A DNA stretch of 63,792 nt, the filler included, from Reticulomyxa filosa (taxonomy: Eukaryota; Protista; Foraminifera): assembly GCA_000512085.1 (NCBI GenBank). It is 23 parts of 23 records of this genome, joined end to end, with 100 filler letters (N's around TTAATTAATTAA, not from the genome) between each part and the next. Parts side by side here need not be neighbours in the genome. Positions count along the whole stretch, not along the records: positions 12,289 to 13,515 come from ASPP01028039.1; positions 13,616 to 14,827 come from ASPP01018955.1; positions 14,928 to 16,021 come from ASPP01025249.1; positions 16,122 to 17,660 come from ASPP01034674.1; positions 17,761 to 18,760 come from ASPP01037622.1; positions 18,861 to 23,572 come from ASPP01012083.1; positions 23,673 to 26,334 come from ASPP01024060.1; 16 more parts are not named here. The stretch is one strand, 5' to 3'. The notes under the pieces were generated by a model. It had not been told where the DNA came from. It did not search any database and was given only the letters and a program-made list of their open reading frames with translations. Position numbers and translations under genes: made by a program. Below are positions 12,189 through 24,664 of this stretch, one piece after another. How positions within the stretch are numbered: position 1 is the first letter of the stretch; every line of letters starts with the position of its first letter.

Positions 12189-13216
12189 NNNNNNNNNNNN
12201 NNNNNNNNNNNNNNNNNNNNNNNNNNNNNNNNTTAATTAATTAANNNNNNNNNNNNNNNNNNNNNNNNNNNNNNNNNNNNNNNNNNNNCTGGTATGCTGT
12301 AATTTAGTCATAATGTACATCTTCTCTGAAATAAATACGATTCATTTTCTTTTTTGTCCTGACAAAAAATTTTGCATTTTTATTTTTTAAAAATTTCTTA
12401 ATAACACACTTAAATTTAAAAAAATTTAAAAAATACAATAAATGTTATTTTTTCATTAGGAAAATCAATTATATTCTAAAGTGCCGTTTTATGTTCAATT
12501 ACCATTTTATTGCAGTATATATTGTAGATTTGGAATTGTTGTTACTGTATTTTTATATGCAACAATGCTTGCGATATTCGAGTCTATAATAATATGCAAA
12601 CAATCGCATTAATCGCTGAAATTTGTTTATATTCTTATTAATTTTTTTTTGCACGCATTATTTATATAAAGATTCCTGATTTTGTTATTTATTCATTGGT
12701 TTTTTTTTCTTTTTTGGTACAATTGTATTTTTAAAAATTGATTATTAACTTAAATGTAATATGATTTTCCTAGATGTGAATGTGATTTGATAAAGGCATA
12801 AATACACCAATAAAGCAGTATATTGTCGAGTATAACAGTTAAAAGTAACTGCTTCCAAAATGTAAAAAGAAATGCGAAATTGAAGAGAAGTGTTGGACAT
12901 GTTGACGTATGAACAAATATTCCAACAAAGATCGTGTTCGTCGAGGTAGAGGTTTGAAACCATGTTTTTGATTATTCGCAAGTACTCCAGAAAGAAAGTA
13001 CTTGTTTAACAAGACAGCAAAAGATGAAAAAACGTACAAAATTATTCGTCAAATAAGTGCTTCATATTGTAGAGTAAAAGTTAAATTCATATTTGTTTTT
13101 ATTCACTATTTTTAATAAGAGAGGCGTCAAATATTAACTTGGTACACAGAAGATGAATACGTTTTACAAAAAAAAATTTCTTTGGGAAAAACTTTCCCTT
13201 TCAATCAGATAAGAGC

Positions 13217-13515
13217 ATGTCTCTCCGAGTTCGTAAAGTGTTGCATCATCTTGAAGGACAAGCTTCCTCATCCTTGGAAAAGGAAAACAAAGTTCAAGAA
13301 AATAGGAGCTATTATAAGTATTGGTTACCAGTACAAACCCGTTGGAATGACAACGATTGTTATGGTCATGTTAACAACGTCATTTATTATTCCTTTTTTG
13401 ATACAATTATCAATCAGTATTTAATTGAAAAGTGCCAATTGGATATAAAAAATGGAACCACTCCCATTGGGTATTGCGTTAATTCCAAATGTGACTATCA
13501 AAAACCTTTGTCCTA
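13217..13515 (+). CDS. 4HBT/YbgC-type acyl-CoA thioesterase (hotdog fold), partial
   Basis: QTRWNDNDCYGHVNNVIYYSFFD is the D-x-x-G-H-V-N-N-x-x-Y thioesterase signature. Confidence 0.9.
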
Positions 13516-14289
13516 NNNNNNNNNNNNNNNNNNNNNNNNNNNNNNNNNNNNNNNNNNNNTTAATTAATTAANNNNNNNNNNNNNNNNNNNNNNNNNNNNN
13601 NNNNNNNNNNNNNNNGTAATTTGATGGTTTTTTTTTTACAAGGACCTGAAATGATTCTAAACGACCAACATTCTTGTAAAAAACATAATATCCAATTTTT
13701 TATGTTTGAAAAAAGAAAAACAAGAGATTTTTAATTTAATGGCTAATGCAACGGTAATTAGTTTTCTTGTAAAATACATAATTAAAAAAAAAAATTACAA
13801 GAATAGAAAACGTATTCTTCAACGAAAATCTGCTTTAAATCTATCGATTTGCCCCTTTTTTTTACTGTTGTGTTGTCACTTCATGTTACAATTTCTGCCA
13901 ATGCGCCGCTTCTTATCACTTTCCATGTAATTTTAAGTTTATATAAATCACATTCATACAATAATGGATCAAATTTATATTTTTGATTGGATGGGACAAA
14001 TTCAAGACCTAAAAAAATCATTTCTTTTTAGAGAATTCAAATTTTGTAAGTCTTTCTCAATAAATAAATTAATTTCTTGTTTTGAAAGTACTTTTGTGCT
14101 ATCATATTTATCGGAAAAGATTTATTTTATAAAATTGTATTTCAATAAATAAAGAAAAAGTTATGAATTACCACAAAGACAATATCTTCAACGAATAAAA
14201 ATAGCATTTTAATCTTGTTTGGCATGCAATTCGAAAAAACAGAAAAAAACTAACATTACACAAATTATAATAGTCAATGTTATTATTGC

Positions 14290-14827
14290 TTTACAAAGGT
14301 GAAATATCAATACACCAAACATATTCTGGATGTCCATTAAAAAATATGTAATGATTTGGATGTTTCAACATCCCATAAACGAATTGGTTTTTTTAGTATA
14401 TCCAAAACACAAATGGTGAAAATTCAATATCACAAACTTCACCAGCATGTTCGTTGAATAATTGCAATTGTTGATTATTGTTTGAAATCCCAAAAAACGA
14501 ATGGTTTTGTCAGATTTCAAAAAAAGAGGAATGATACCTGATATTGTTAAATATTTTGTTTTAATGCATTAAAAGATTTAATAACCAAATCAAAATGCAA
14601 TTGCATATTCGAAATCAAATGATCTTGTATTATAGATTTTAAACATGTATGATTGCATCCAAATGGCTCAAACAAGCACTTGACTACTTGTAAACAACAA
14701 GAATTTTCCAAATGATAATCCACCTGTTTAATCTTTCCTTTAAAATCACAACTCACAAATCCAGAAGTTTCTCCTTCTTCGTATCCTTGTCCTCGTTCAA
14801 ATTGTCGAGGACAAATCACGTCTAATT
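14290..14827 (-). pseudogene. Decayed TRAF-Zn/WD40 family copy
   Basis: VICPRQFE…CDFKGKIKQVDYHLENSC…CLFEPFGCNHTC…HFDLVIK, then an in-frame stop, then frameshifted WD40 remnants (TIRF…, IRLWDVETSKSLH) similar to 26435-28485. Confidence 0.8.
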
Positions 14828-14929
14828 NNNNNNNNNNNNNNNNNNNNNNNNNNNNNNNNNNNNNNNNNNNNTTAATTAATTAANNNNNNNNNNNNNNNNN
14901 NNNNNNNNNNNNNNNNNNNNNNNNNNNTC

Positions 14930-15688
14930 AAGATTTTATCAAAGTATGAAAGGAAAGAAGAAATCGAAGAGGAAATATATTGTGGATTGAAAGGAGTCAA
15001 ATTTACTAATATTCAAAAAGAAATCAATCCAGGATATTTTGTCACTTTTGTACGTGCGTCAAATGATTTCACGATTGCACAATTTTGTCAAGGGAGCAAC
15101 GGCTGCATTTTAAAATTCCACCCGTCAATGCGACGGGCAGGAGGGATTAAAAGTTGTGACGTGTCGTGGCTGCTTCCATCACTTCCTTGTCGCGAAATTT
15201 TATTTGCCAATACTCCCTTTGAACTTTTCCTTGAAAAAGAAATTATTTCTAATTTTCAAGAATGGAGTGCACGTATTGAAAGTGAAGATAAAAACTCTCA
15301 AGTAATATTGTTGACATGGGATGTGTATGATAAATATATTCAACAGGCTTTGGAAATTAGTGCAATGTGGAACAATGCAATAGATTTGAATCTCATTTAT
15401 ATCGGACTATTTTTGGAAAAAAAAATTACACTCTCAATTAAATGGCTCTCGGAATTTGAAAAATGGAAAGTGCAAAATAACAATGCCGAAATCTACAAAT
15501 TAACCATGCACAAATTTTATCAGCGGCGTTGTTGTAATGACTCACTCAACTTATTTACTCTTTTTCTCGAAGATATATTTAAATGCACAACTCCGTCATT
15601 ATTCGATATTGTAATTAGATATACTGCTGACATTGGATTGCCATTTGTTGAAAAAGATAAATTCATTGAAATAAAAAAAATAACTTAG
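14930..15688 (+). CDS. Protein with divergent ADP-ribosyltransferase (R-S-E type) fold domain, 5' truncated
   Basis: IYCGL…GYFVTFVRASNDFTIAQF…GCILKF…CDVSWL…CREILF follows the order and spacing of ART motifs (YRG / F-x-STS-x-x-x-x-A-x-x-F / DVS-x-x-S…E-x-EIL). Confidence 0.55.
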   Translation, partial: KILSKYERKEEIEEEIYCGLKGVKFTNIQKEINPGYFVTFVRASNDFTIAQFCQGSNGCILKFHPSMRRAGGIKSCDVSWLLPSLPCREILFANTPFELFLEKEIISNFQEWSARIESEDKNSQVILLTWDVYDKYIQQALEISAMWNNAIDLNLIYIGLFLEKKITLSIKWLSEFEKWKVQNNNAEIYKLTMHKFYQRRCCNDSLNLFTLFLEDIFKCTTPSLFDIVIRYTADIGLPFVEKDKFIEIKKIT

Positions 15689-15895
15689 AAAACTAAAACA
15701 GTAAATTAATTTTTTCAATTAACACAACAAAAAACTTACTCAAATATTGTATAAAATCAATTTGCAACAAAGCAAATAAAAAATAAATCAAATTCTAAAA
15801 ATTTTTTTATAATTATTAATCGTTCACATACCATAGCAAAAGTCATTAACAGAATGGAATGCATGTTTCTATAGGTCCACAAGTTTAAATGTGTT

Positions 15896-16021
15896 AAAAA
15901 AAAAAGATAGACCAAAAAAGGAAAAATCAAAAAGAAAATTTGAACTAGGCGGCGCCAGAAAGCGCCGCCTAGTTCAAATATTTCTTTTTGATTTTTCCTT
16001 TTTTGGCCTATCTTTTTTTTT
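15896..16021. repeat. About 60-bp-arm foldback hairpin with GC-rich tip
   Basis: …TTTGAACTAGGCGGCGC-CAGAAA-GCGCCGCCTAGTTCAAA…; A-rich left arm and T-rich right arm with few mismatches. Confidence 0.9.
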
Positions 16022-19000
16022 NNNNNNNNNNNNNNNNNNNNNNNNNNNNNNNNNNNNNNNNNNNNTTAATTAATTAANNNNNNNNNNNNNNNNNNNNNNN
16101 NNNNNNNNNNNNNNNNNNNNNGATATTGTTCACCGACACAAACTCTTCATGCTCTTTCACATTGGCAATATTCTCTGTTGTTGATCTGATCCATCATGAA
16201 AGAGTCACTCCATTAATTTTCTGAATATCATTTGCATATCGACGTTTTTGTAACGTTTTCTCCAAGACAGCAGTATTTGCTTCACATGTTTGCACATGCT
16301 TTCTTCTTCATTTGCAGTTCCACTTTCACTGCATGTCGGTTTAACATATTCTGATTGTTGCAAAAACAAAAACAACAAACAGTAAATGAATTCAAATTAT
16401 TAAAAAAAGATAAAAATAATAAATAAATTTTAACTGAACCTTCTTTCAAATGTATTCGAATAAAGGAAATCATTTCCTACCAATCTTACTTGACAACGAC
16501 AATATTTTCCATCAAATCAACACGAAAAGTCACAATAATTGAATTTTGAAATATTTCCATGTATCTTTGGTGTGTCGATGTTGGAGGATCACATACAGCA
16601 TAAGCATAAATATATGTTAAAGGTGATGACGGCTATTTGGCCAAATTATCCGCATTGATGAATTGGAATACGTTGAATGAAAGTGGTGCGTGCTAATCCA
16701 AGTGTTACTGTATGATTACAAGCACATAACAATTCATTATCACTTATTTCATTTTATGAACATCATCCATAACCACTCATAGTTTTGATAACACGAATAG
16801 CAATACTTTTAAGGGGTTATTGTGTCGATTCCTTTCATTTACATTTTCTCCATGCTTTTCTTGACGTATTTATATCTCTTGCACTATTCATCGCCAATAT
16901 CATATCTTTTTAAGATAATCCAATAATATTATTGGTTCTTTCTTTTTCTTTTTTCATTCCCTTAATTTACTCTTCTTCTTGCCTTTCTTCATTTCTCTTT
17001 CTTTTGTCACAAATCTAAGGCAAATCATTCTACAATGTAATAGTCCATGCTCACTTTGTTTTGATTAAAACACATCACAAAAGCTGAAAATATGATAAAA
17101 GTAGCTCATACCTTCAAATAAAGCTGTCTTCCTTCGCGCTTGATTGATCTTGTTATCTTGAATGCCTTTTCTCCGCTGTTTTAATTGGTAATATGCGCTC
17201 TGCGTCTTGAATTCGAATAATGCCAGGATTGCATGCCACTAGAGAATTCTTCACAGAATACTTGAATATTCCATCTATTCTTTGCTCCTCATTAATATTA
17301 TCACAGACATGATCAATTTCGATTGATTAACTTGAGTTTACATAATAATCCACTTTGAGCTTTGTTGTAATAAATCAGGAAAACATTAAGTTGAATAACA
17401 ATACAATTACGTTTCATTTCACTGATTGCATTTATGTTGTTATTTTTAATGATATATTGTTGATAAATCCACGCTTTCACTTGAACAATATTTTTTATTA
17501 CTTCACTATGTGTCCACAGTAATAGCGCGTCAATTGGAGATTATCGAAGAAAGACGAACGTATTCACTCCAGCAAATACTTGTCCAAATTTACTTCGACT
17601 GATTGATATTTTTCTCGTGGGACTTGGTCTTGTACTGTCTCAAAAGCATTAAATCTATGTNNNNNNNNNNNNNNNNNNNNNNNNNNNNNNNNNNNNNNNN
17701 NNNNTTAATTAATTAANNNNNNNNNNNNNNNNNNNNNNNNNNNNNNNNNNNNNNNNNNNNCTGTTGTACATTTGAGTGAAAGTGTTGAAGGCAAGACATA
17801 GTATTTGCTTGCTTTTTCCAAAAGTTCAGATTGTGATTTGGTTTAATCCACATTTGGAGACCAAAAATACCATTCGTTCATTTTCTTATTTTTGATTTGT
17901 CGTTACATTAATCAAAAAATTACATAACTTTTATTTTTTTTACAATGGCATTAAGTTACTTTAAATAGCTAGTTTTTTTAAAAAAAGTCCCTTTGGAAAC
18001 ACTTTTGAAAAATTTTAAAAAATAACAAAAAATAGTCAAAAATAGTAAATAAATACAATTGAAAGCAAAATGGATCATTTTTATAATTTTTTTGTAATTT
18101 AATAAATGAGCATTTTTTGAAGTAATTGCAGCAAAAATCGATGTTTTCGTTCACCTTATTTTGTTTGATATAGGGGTAGCCCCCTTCAAGTAATGCTAGA
18201 AATGAGGTGTTACGGAAATTTGAAGACTTTCTCGTGTGGAGTAAAGAATATGAATGTGTTGGTGGTTCAGGATTGCGATTACGAAGGAATCTTTGGAAGT
18301 TATTTCTTCGACACGTGTCAGACCGTAGTGAACTTAGAACAAGTATGCGAATGCGTGGATGTAAAAAAATGAAGTACGTAATACACGAAAAATTAAAGAA
18401 GAAAGTGCACAAGAGTTTTTGGCAGTGCACACACAAAATGCGCGCAGTCGATGCTCGTTATAAAACGAAACTCAAGAATGGTTAAAATACGTAGGTTTGT
18501 TTTTCTCTTTTTTTTTGGGCGTATGCAAACGAAAACGTTTTTATTTCACGTATATCCAAACAAATTTTTTTTTTTTTACAGGCTGAAATCTTGTTCTTCC
18601 GATGCTTATGGATTGAACGAAGTCAATAATTGCAACTACGTTTGTCAATTTTTTAGCACAATAAATGCTCGTTGGCCTCAGTCAGTTTTCAGAAAGCAGC
18701 GAACAACAACAAGAAGTTGTATTTTTAACGTAATATATAATAAAAGAAATGACCGGACAANNNNNNNNNNNNNNNNNNNNNNNNNNNNNNNNNNNNNNNN
18801 NNNNTTAATTAATTAANNNNNNNNNNNNNNNNNNNNNNNNNNNNNNNNNNNNNNNNNNNNCTTTTTTTCAACTCTTTTTGCCATTTGTCCACTTGCTGTG
18901 TCACGTAGATGCACTCTTCTATTTTCGCCACGGCCTCTCCTGGCTCTATTGTTAGTTCCAAAACAAAATGCAACATTTACAATGCAAAGCTCTCTCTTTC

Positions 19001-19152
19001 TCTTTCTCTTTCTCTTTGTTGCACTTGGGACAGAGTGACACAAAACTTGTCGCATTTGCGGTATTTCCCTCTTCCGGCTTGTCTGCTGTAGTCGCTTCTT
19101 ATTTCAGTGCCCGTCCCACCACAACACATGGGAACATGGATTATGTACGATC

Positions 19153-19626
19153 TCATAGTTTGCATACAAAACAATATGCTTTTTTTTTTTTTTTTTTGAA
19201 AGGAAAAAAAAAACACACACATGCACACACACACACATACACATACACATAAAACAAAACGTTTTTGATTTAGAGCGTTTTTTGTCAAACTATTTTTGGC
19301 CGTGTTATCATTTGTATCGGTCTTTGCTTTGTTTTTTTTCCCCTTGCCATCATCAGTTTGAGTTGGTATTACGGGTGCATCGTCACCTTTTTTTTTTGCT
19401 TGTTATGCTTGTTATCATCAAACCAAAAGATGAGAAAAAGGGGAGGAGAAAAAAAGACAAGACCGAGACAAAAAAAAGAATGCTGTGTGTATCGATCAAA
19501 TCGAACCAGTGTTTGTTCCATCAAGCAAAAGCCCTTTCACATCATCGGTAAGACCATTCATTTTAGACACACTGTTTTCACAGAGATGGCATCATACAGT
19601 AGAGAGGTACATCATCAAAAAGAACA

Positions 19627-19670
<44 letters not shown>

Positions 19671-21360
19671 GTATATATGTGTGTGTGTGTAATGGAGTAC
19701 ATTGCATATGCAGTTCCGACATTAAGCACTTAAAAAGAAATGTTTGGATTGATTTGAGTTATGTCCGAACAAAGAGGGGGGGAGAGGAAAGGAGGATAAA
19801 AAAAAAAGATACATATATATACACATATACATATATAAATGTATATATGTATATATGTATATATGTATATATATGTATATATATGTATTTTACCAATGAT
19901 CCAATTTTTTGCAATTCCAAATAGCATTTTCCCAAACCTGATCCAACAGACAGTCCAACCCGAAACTGCATAATTGGTTTTTTAAAATCGGTGTTGCCAC
20001 GAGTGGTGTGGCCATCGCCCCCGTTCGTGTGTCCATGCTTTTTGTTTCCACCAGCAGTAACATTGCCATTTGTACTGCCATTGGCATTGGCATTGGTATT
20101 GGCATTGGCATTGGTATTGGCATTGGCATTGGCATTGGCATTGATATTACCGTTGGCATTGCTATTTGTAGAAGTTGTCGTGGTCGTGCTTGTCGATGGC
20201 ACTGTCGCTGCTATTGCTGTTCCTGTTCCTGTTACTGTTACTGTTGTCGTGGCGCCTGCTGTAGATATGCCATTTGTACTGCCGTCATAATTAGCTTGCA
20301 CATTGTCCGCTGTTGCGGCTGTGTTGTGTTCGTCCACTTTCTTGCCGTTTGTCAGCGTGCCATTGACAGCCGTCTTTTTCTGTATTATGCTTCCATGTCG
20401 CGACCTTACTAAAGTATCCATGCCATTGCCGTTCTCGACATTGCCATTACTCGCCATCCCTACCTCTGGATTGTCGGTACGAATGCGTCCAATTGAATTT
20501 TGGCGATTGTTCTTATTCAGCCATGTAATGTATACATTCATATATCATATTATATATATATATTTATATATATATATATATATAATATGATATATGAATG
20601 TATAAAAAGGGGAGGTTTTGTGAACAAAAAAAAAAAAAAAGGGGGGGGGAAAGAAAAAACTTCAATATTTCGAAGACTTCGATCATCGACATCGTGAAGA
20701 ATAGTCTTGGACGGTTTTCTGCTGGCAGTGCCACTCGCAGTGGTGCCTGTGGTGGCAGCAGTACCAGAGACTGTGGCGGTAACTGTGGTGGTTGATGCTG
20801 CGACAGTCGCGCCTGTCGACTCAGGATGATGGTTGTGATTGGTTTGTGATTTGTCATTGCCGTTGCTGAGATGACTGTTCGATTGCGACGTAAATGTGTG
20901 AGTGTTATTATTGTTATTGTTACTGCTGTTATTGTTACTGCTGTTATTGTTACTGCTGTTATTGTTACTGCTGTTATTGTTGTTGTTGTTATTGTTGCCA
21001 GATATTATTGACGTAGCTCCAATCGGAGCTGTCATCTTTGATGTCATCAACAAATCGGCCGTATTTATGAACGGGTTGTTTTTCAACTCTTCCATATCCA
21101 ATGTCGATAACACGTGCGAGGTCGGGTATCCGTTTAGTCCATCCCCTGATGCACCCGACCGACTTGTGTCCGTGCGCTCTGGAATCGACTTCCACTCCCC
21201 TAATAGCTCGTCCAAAGACTGCGTCTTTTTCGTTGCTTTCCCATTTGGAAGTACATTGTGCTTCCCAACTCTTGCTGTGCTTGAAGTCTTGGAGGTTGAA
21301 GTTGATGCGCTTATGGTATCTCTTTTGGCTCTTATCGCTATCGAGCCTTCACTTTGTTTT
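19153..21360 (-). CDS. Multi-exon low-complexity (N/S/T/G-rich) hypothetical protein
   Basis: Long open exons at 20670-21350 and 19890-20520 with poly-N and NA repeats. Smaller downstream exons have GT/AG boundaries. No family recognised. Confidence 0.55.
20080..20142. repeat. (TTGGCA)n hexanucleotide microsatellite, coding NA repeats on minus
   Basis: Direct reading. Confidence 0.9.
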
Positions 21361-21761
21361 TTCTATTTTAAATAAATATTAAAAATTATTATTATCTGCA
21401 AGATGAATTATTAGGCACAGATTTCCAAATTTTTTTTTTTTTGTTTTTTGTAGGCCACGTCTAAACGTCTCAAGTTAGTACAACAAACATATCGGTGTTC
21501 CCTTTTAATAAAGGAAGATGCTATTGCACAAACGCAATTGTTCATACTACATAATTAATGATTTTTTTTTTAAAAAAAAAAGCTGTACTAGCATAATGTC
21601 TTTTTTTTTTTGACAAGTCTAAGCAAAAAAGATTATCACATGCCGGAGTTATGGAATTATGGATTAACAAGCTTCAAGTCTGGAAGGGGAGTTCTAGCAG
21701 TTTGACGCTCAACATTTTTTTGTCCCCAATATCCGATTATTTAAACTCGATAGCATCGATC

Positions 21762-22067
21762 ATGGCCGTGCCAAGATCAATGTCGTTGAAGGAACTTGTC
21801 AACAAACAAGTCTCAATAATTACCAACGACGGTCGACACATTCTGGGGAAGTTGATCGGACACGATCAAGAAATTAATATCGTGTTGGATAATGGGCAAG
21901 AAAGGGTTTACAGCAAGGATAAAAACACTCAATTTGCTGACTTGAAAGCCATTTGTCTCATTCGAGGAGCGAACATTGCTGTCATCGGAGTACTGGACGA
22001 AGAAAAGGATTCGAAGATGGATTGGAACACCATTCGAGGTGAGCAATTACCACCTGTCGTGCACTAA
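21762..22067 (+). CDS. LSM8: U6 snRNA-associated Sm-like protein LSm8
   Basis: LVNKQVSIITNDGRHILGKLIGHDQEINIVL…ERVYS…IRGANIAVIG…DWNTIRGEQLPPVVH shows Sm1/Sm2 motifs plus the LSm8-type C-terminus. Intronless. Confidence 0.92.
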   Translation: MAVPRSMSLKELVNKQVSIITNDGRHILGKLIGHDQEINIVLDNGQERVYSKDKNTQFADLKAICLIRGANIAVIGVLDEEKDSKMDWNTIRGEQLPPVVH

Positions 22068-23672
22068 TAAATTGATCACGCAATTTGTTCAAATTACAAA
22101 AGTCAGGATTTGAGTCCGTTTTTTTATCTTTATTTTAGTTTTGTCTTATTTTTTGTATTTGTTCTTTCATCTTGTTCAGCAAAATGAGGAGGGAAATGAC
22201 AATGACTGCAAAATGTGTACTGTCCACAAGACTAAATTTTGACGTTCAATATGAACCGCAATGTGCTGAGTTGAGCATCATTGGTTAAGTTACATCACAC
22301 AATAAATGCCTGTTTCTGCCTAGCCTGTAATGTTTGTGCGCTTTGCACTTGCCGCCCATAGCAAACTGAGAATGGGTTTGCACTTATTGAAAGGATAAGG
22401 AAGCTCCATTTTAAAAAAAATCATTGCAAAGCTTCCAAATAATTATGAAAATTTTTCTTACTTTGAGAGGCAGTTGATTTCAAAAATTGTACTAACAACA
22501 GTTCATACATAATACTTCGTTTTTGGACAAATCATTTAGAAAAAATAACTTTTATTGTTAATCAATTGTATTGCACAAGTTTTGACTAAGATTAAAAAAA
22601 CACTTGGAAGTGGATTGTAAATAATCAAACTTCGAAAAGAAAATCACAAACAAAACAAGAAACAAACGATTGCAAGGGTCACCTATTTTAATTTCACAAC
22701 AAACCAAAATTTTTAAAAATGGGAACGCGAAATTCCGGTGTTTTTTATTAAAAAACTCAGAATTAAGTTGTTAATCACTATCAAGTCATTATGCAACTGC
22801 TTGAGTTTCATCAAGTAGTTTTTTTACACAACATGAAACAAAAGTAACTGAAAGAATAACGCAATAATCAGCAAAAAAAAAGATCAAAACTTCCATATTC
22901 TTTTAAGAACTGGATGAAACAGTGTAAAAAAACTTAGACACAAAAGAAAAGGGGCAACACGCGCCAGAAAAAGTGTACGTGGGATATGAACAAAAAGATA
23001 CTCTTGCAACAAATAATCGTTTCAAAATATGCACATACATTGGTAAAACAGGTTTTTAGCAGTCATTTTTGTTTATTGTAATATTCTCTAATATTTTGTC
23101 TTTTAGTATTGGTTAAAAGAAGCTGCCAAATCAGAGTTAACAATTTTGCTACAACTAATATCGCAAATATTGTAATTTTGAACAAATATGAACAAACTTT
23201 ATCTGACATTTTCCTTGCTTCCATTTGCAAAAAAAAAGTAGTAGCACACAAAATTTCTTAACCAGTTCGTATTATTATTTGCATCACTTTGTACACAAAG
23301 GGTCGTTCATTAAAGTTGTTTTGCAAAATTTGTGACCAAAAAACACACACCCATTGCCAGCAAAGAGTTTCCCAACAACAAAAAAGATCAATCTGGAATA
23401 ATTGCCAAAAAGAGGCAAGAAGCACAATACTAAAGAAATGACAAATTATCAAGAGTTAAGAGCGCGTACTTTGCATTGTTAAGGTGAGACAAGTGTTTAT
23501 GAGGGGGGGGCAAAAAAAAGGGGGCAAACAAAAAAAAATTTTTTTAACATAAAAAAAAAAAAAAAAAAAAGGNNNNNNNNNNNNNNNNNNNNNNNNNNNN
23601 NNNNNNNNNNNNNNNNTTAATTAATTAANNNNNNNNNNNNNNNNNNNNNNNNNNNNNNNNNNNNNNNNNNNN

Positions 23673-23673
23673 A

Positions 23674-23710
<37 letters not shown>

Positions 23711-24664
23711 GTTAGAAAAAAAAAATAATAATAATGATAATAAAAAATAAAAAAGAGCAATTGAAAATTCCATAACATACCACCAATATACTGCTGTCTT
23801 TGGAATCTTGATCAAATGTGATGTCATATCGATACAAGCCGGAAACGTCTTTTTTAAGTATTAATCGATCCAAGTCTTCTTTGTTGCACTTGCCAGCTTC
23901 TACCAGTTGTTGCGTGCAGCAAATGTGCAACTCATCTTTGTATTCAATGCCAATGTCATCAATGTTTGAGTCTGGGACGACCACTAATTCCACTGACGAA
24001 GGTTGCGCCGATTGTTCACGATGGACATCCACTTTATATGTTATAAATTTATACAAAATATATGTTTTATGTATATATACAATATATATATATATATATA
24101 AACATGGCATATGCATAGTTGTCAAACCTTCCTCCCTTTCACAACAACAACAACAATTACAATTTCGAAAAATTGTTTATCATTTTTAGTTGAAAACCAA
24201 TTCATTCTCTTTAAAGTAAAAGGAAATGTCAATATTTTTATTTAATTTTTTTCTTATCTCTTCATTTTTCTTCTCATGTGTGATGAACCCCCCCCCCCTT
24301 CTCCCCTTTTTTTATTATACTGCTTCTCCTTTCCTCTTTTCTTTGTACACAAAAAAAACAAACTCAACATCGAAAATGAACATAAGAATTCCCATTTCCT
24401 GGAGAAGCTGTGGAAGGAGTGTCTTGCTCGTTATACATTGCAATGCCGCTAAATGTTTGGTATGTATACGGCTCAATCTTTTCAAAGTTTGTTTTTATTT
24501 GTTTATTTTTGTTTGTTTAGCCTATCTGTTTTTTTTCAAGTGTCGTTGTTGAAATGGATAGAGATGCTTTGTTCAACTCCAGCATTGAAATCATATTTTA
24601 TGATAATTCCAAATGTGCACCACTGAAGTAGCGACAAAACTAGAAGCGAGAAAAATCTGGACAT
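23673..24664 (-). CDS. TMEM87/GPR107 (lung seven-TM receptor family)-like protein, N-terminal luminal part
   Basis: Signal peptide MSRFFSLLVLSLLQWCTFG, then exons containing IAMYNEQDTP and DDIGIEY…ICCTQQLVEAGKC, a Cys pattern resembling the luminal domain of this family. The TM region is absent because the contig ends. Confidence 0.55.

Noticed and set aside
14547-14549. Alternative genetic code (TAA/TAG = Gln), suggested by an in-frame stop where the paralogue has Q
   Set aside because: LSM8 ends at TAA at its expected C-terminus, long conserved ORFs contain no internal TAA/TAG, and this copy also has frameshifts.
16122-18760. Coding-like stretches in two contigs
   Set aside because: Short frames with stops and no motif I can recognise; probably gene relics, but not supportable as calls.
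19153-19180. Possible C-terminal CKL (PTS1-like) on the low-complexity gene
   Set aside because: Depends on an unverified last exon, and a tripeptide match is easily chance.
19991-21375. Poly-L, LA and IG repeat ORFs on the plus strand
   Set aside because: Antisense translations of N/NA-coding microsatellites in the minus-strand gene.
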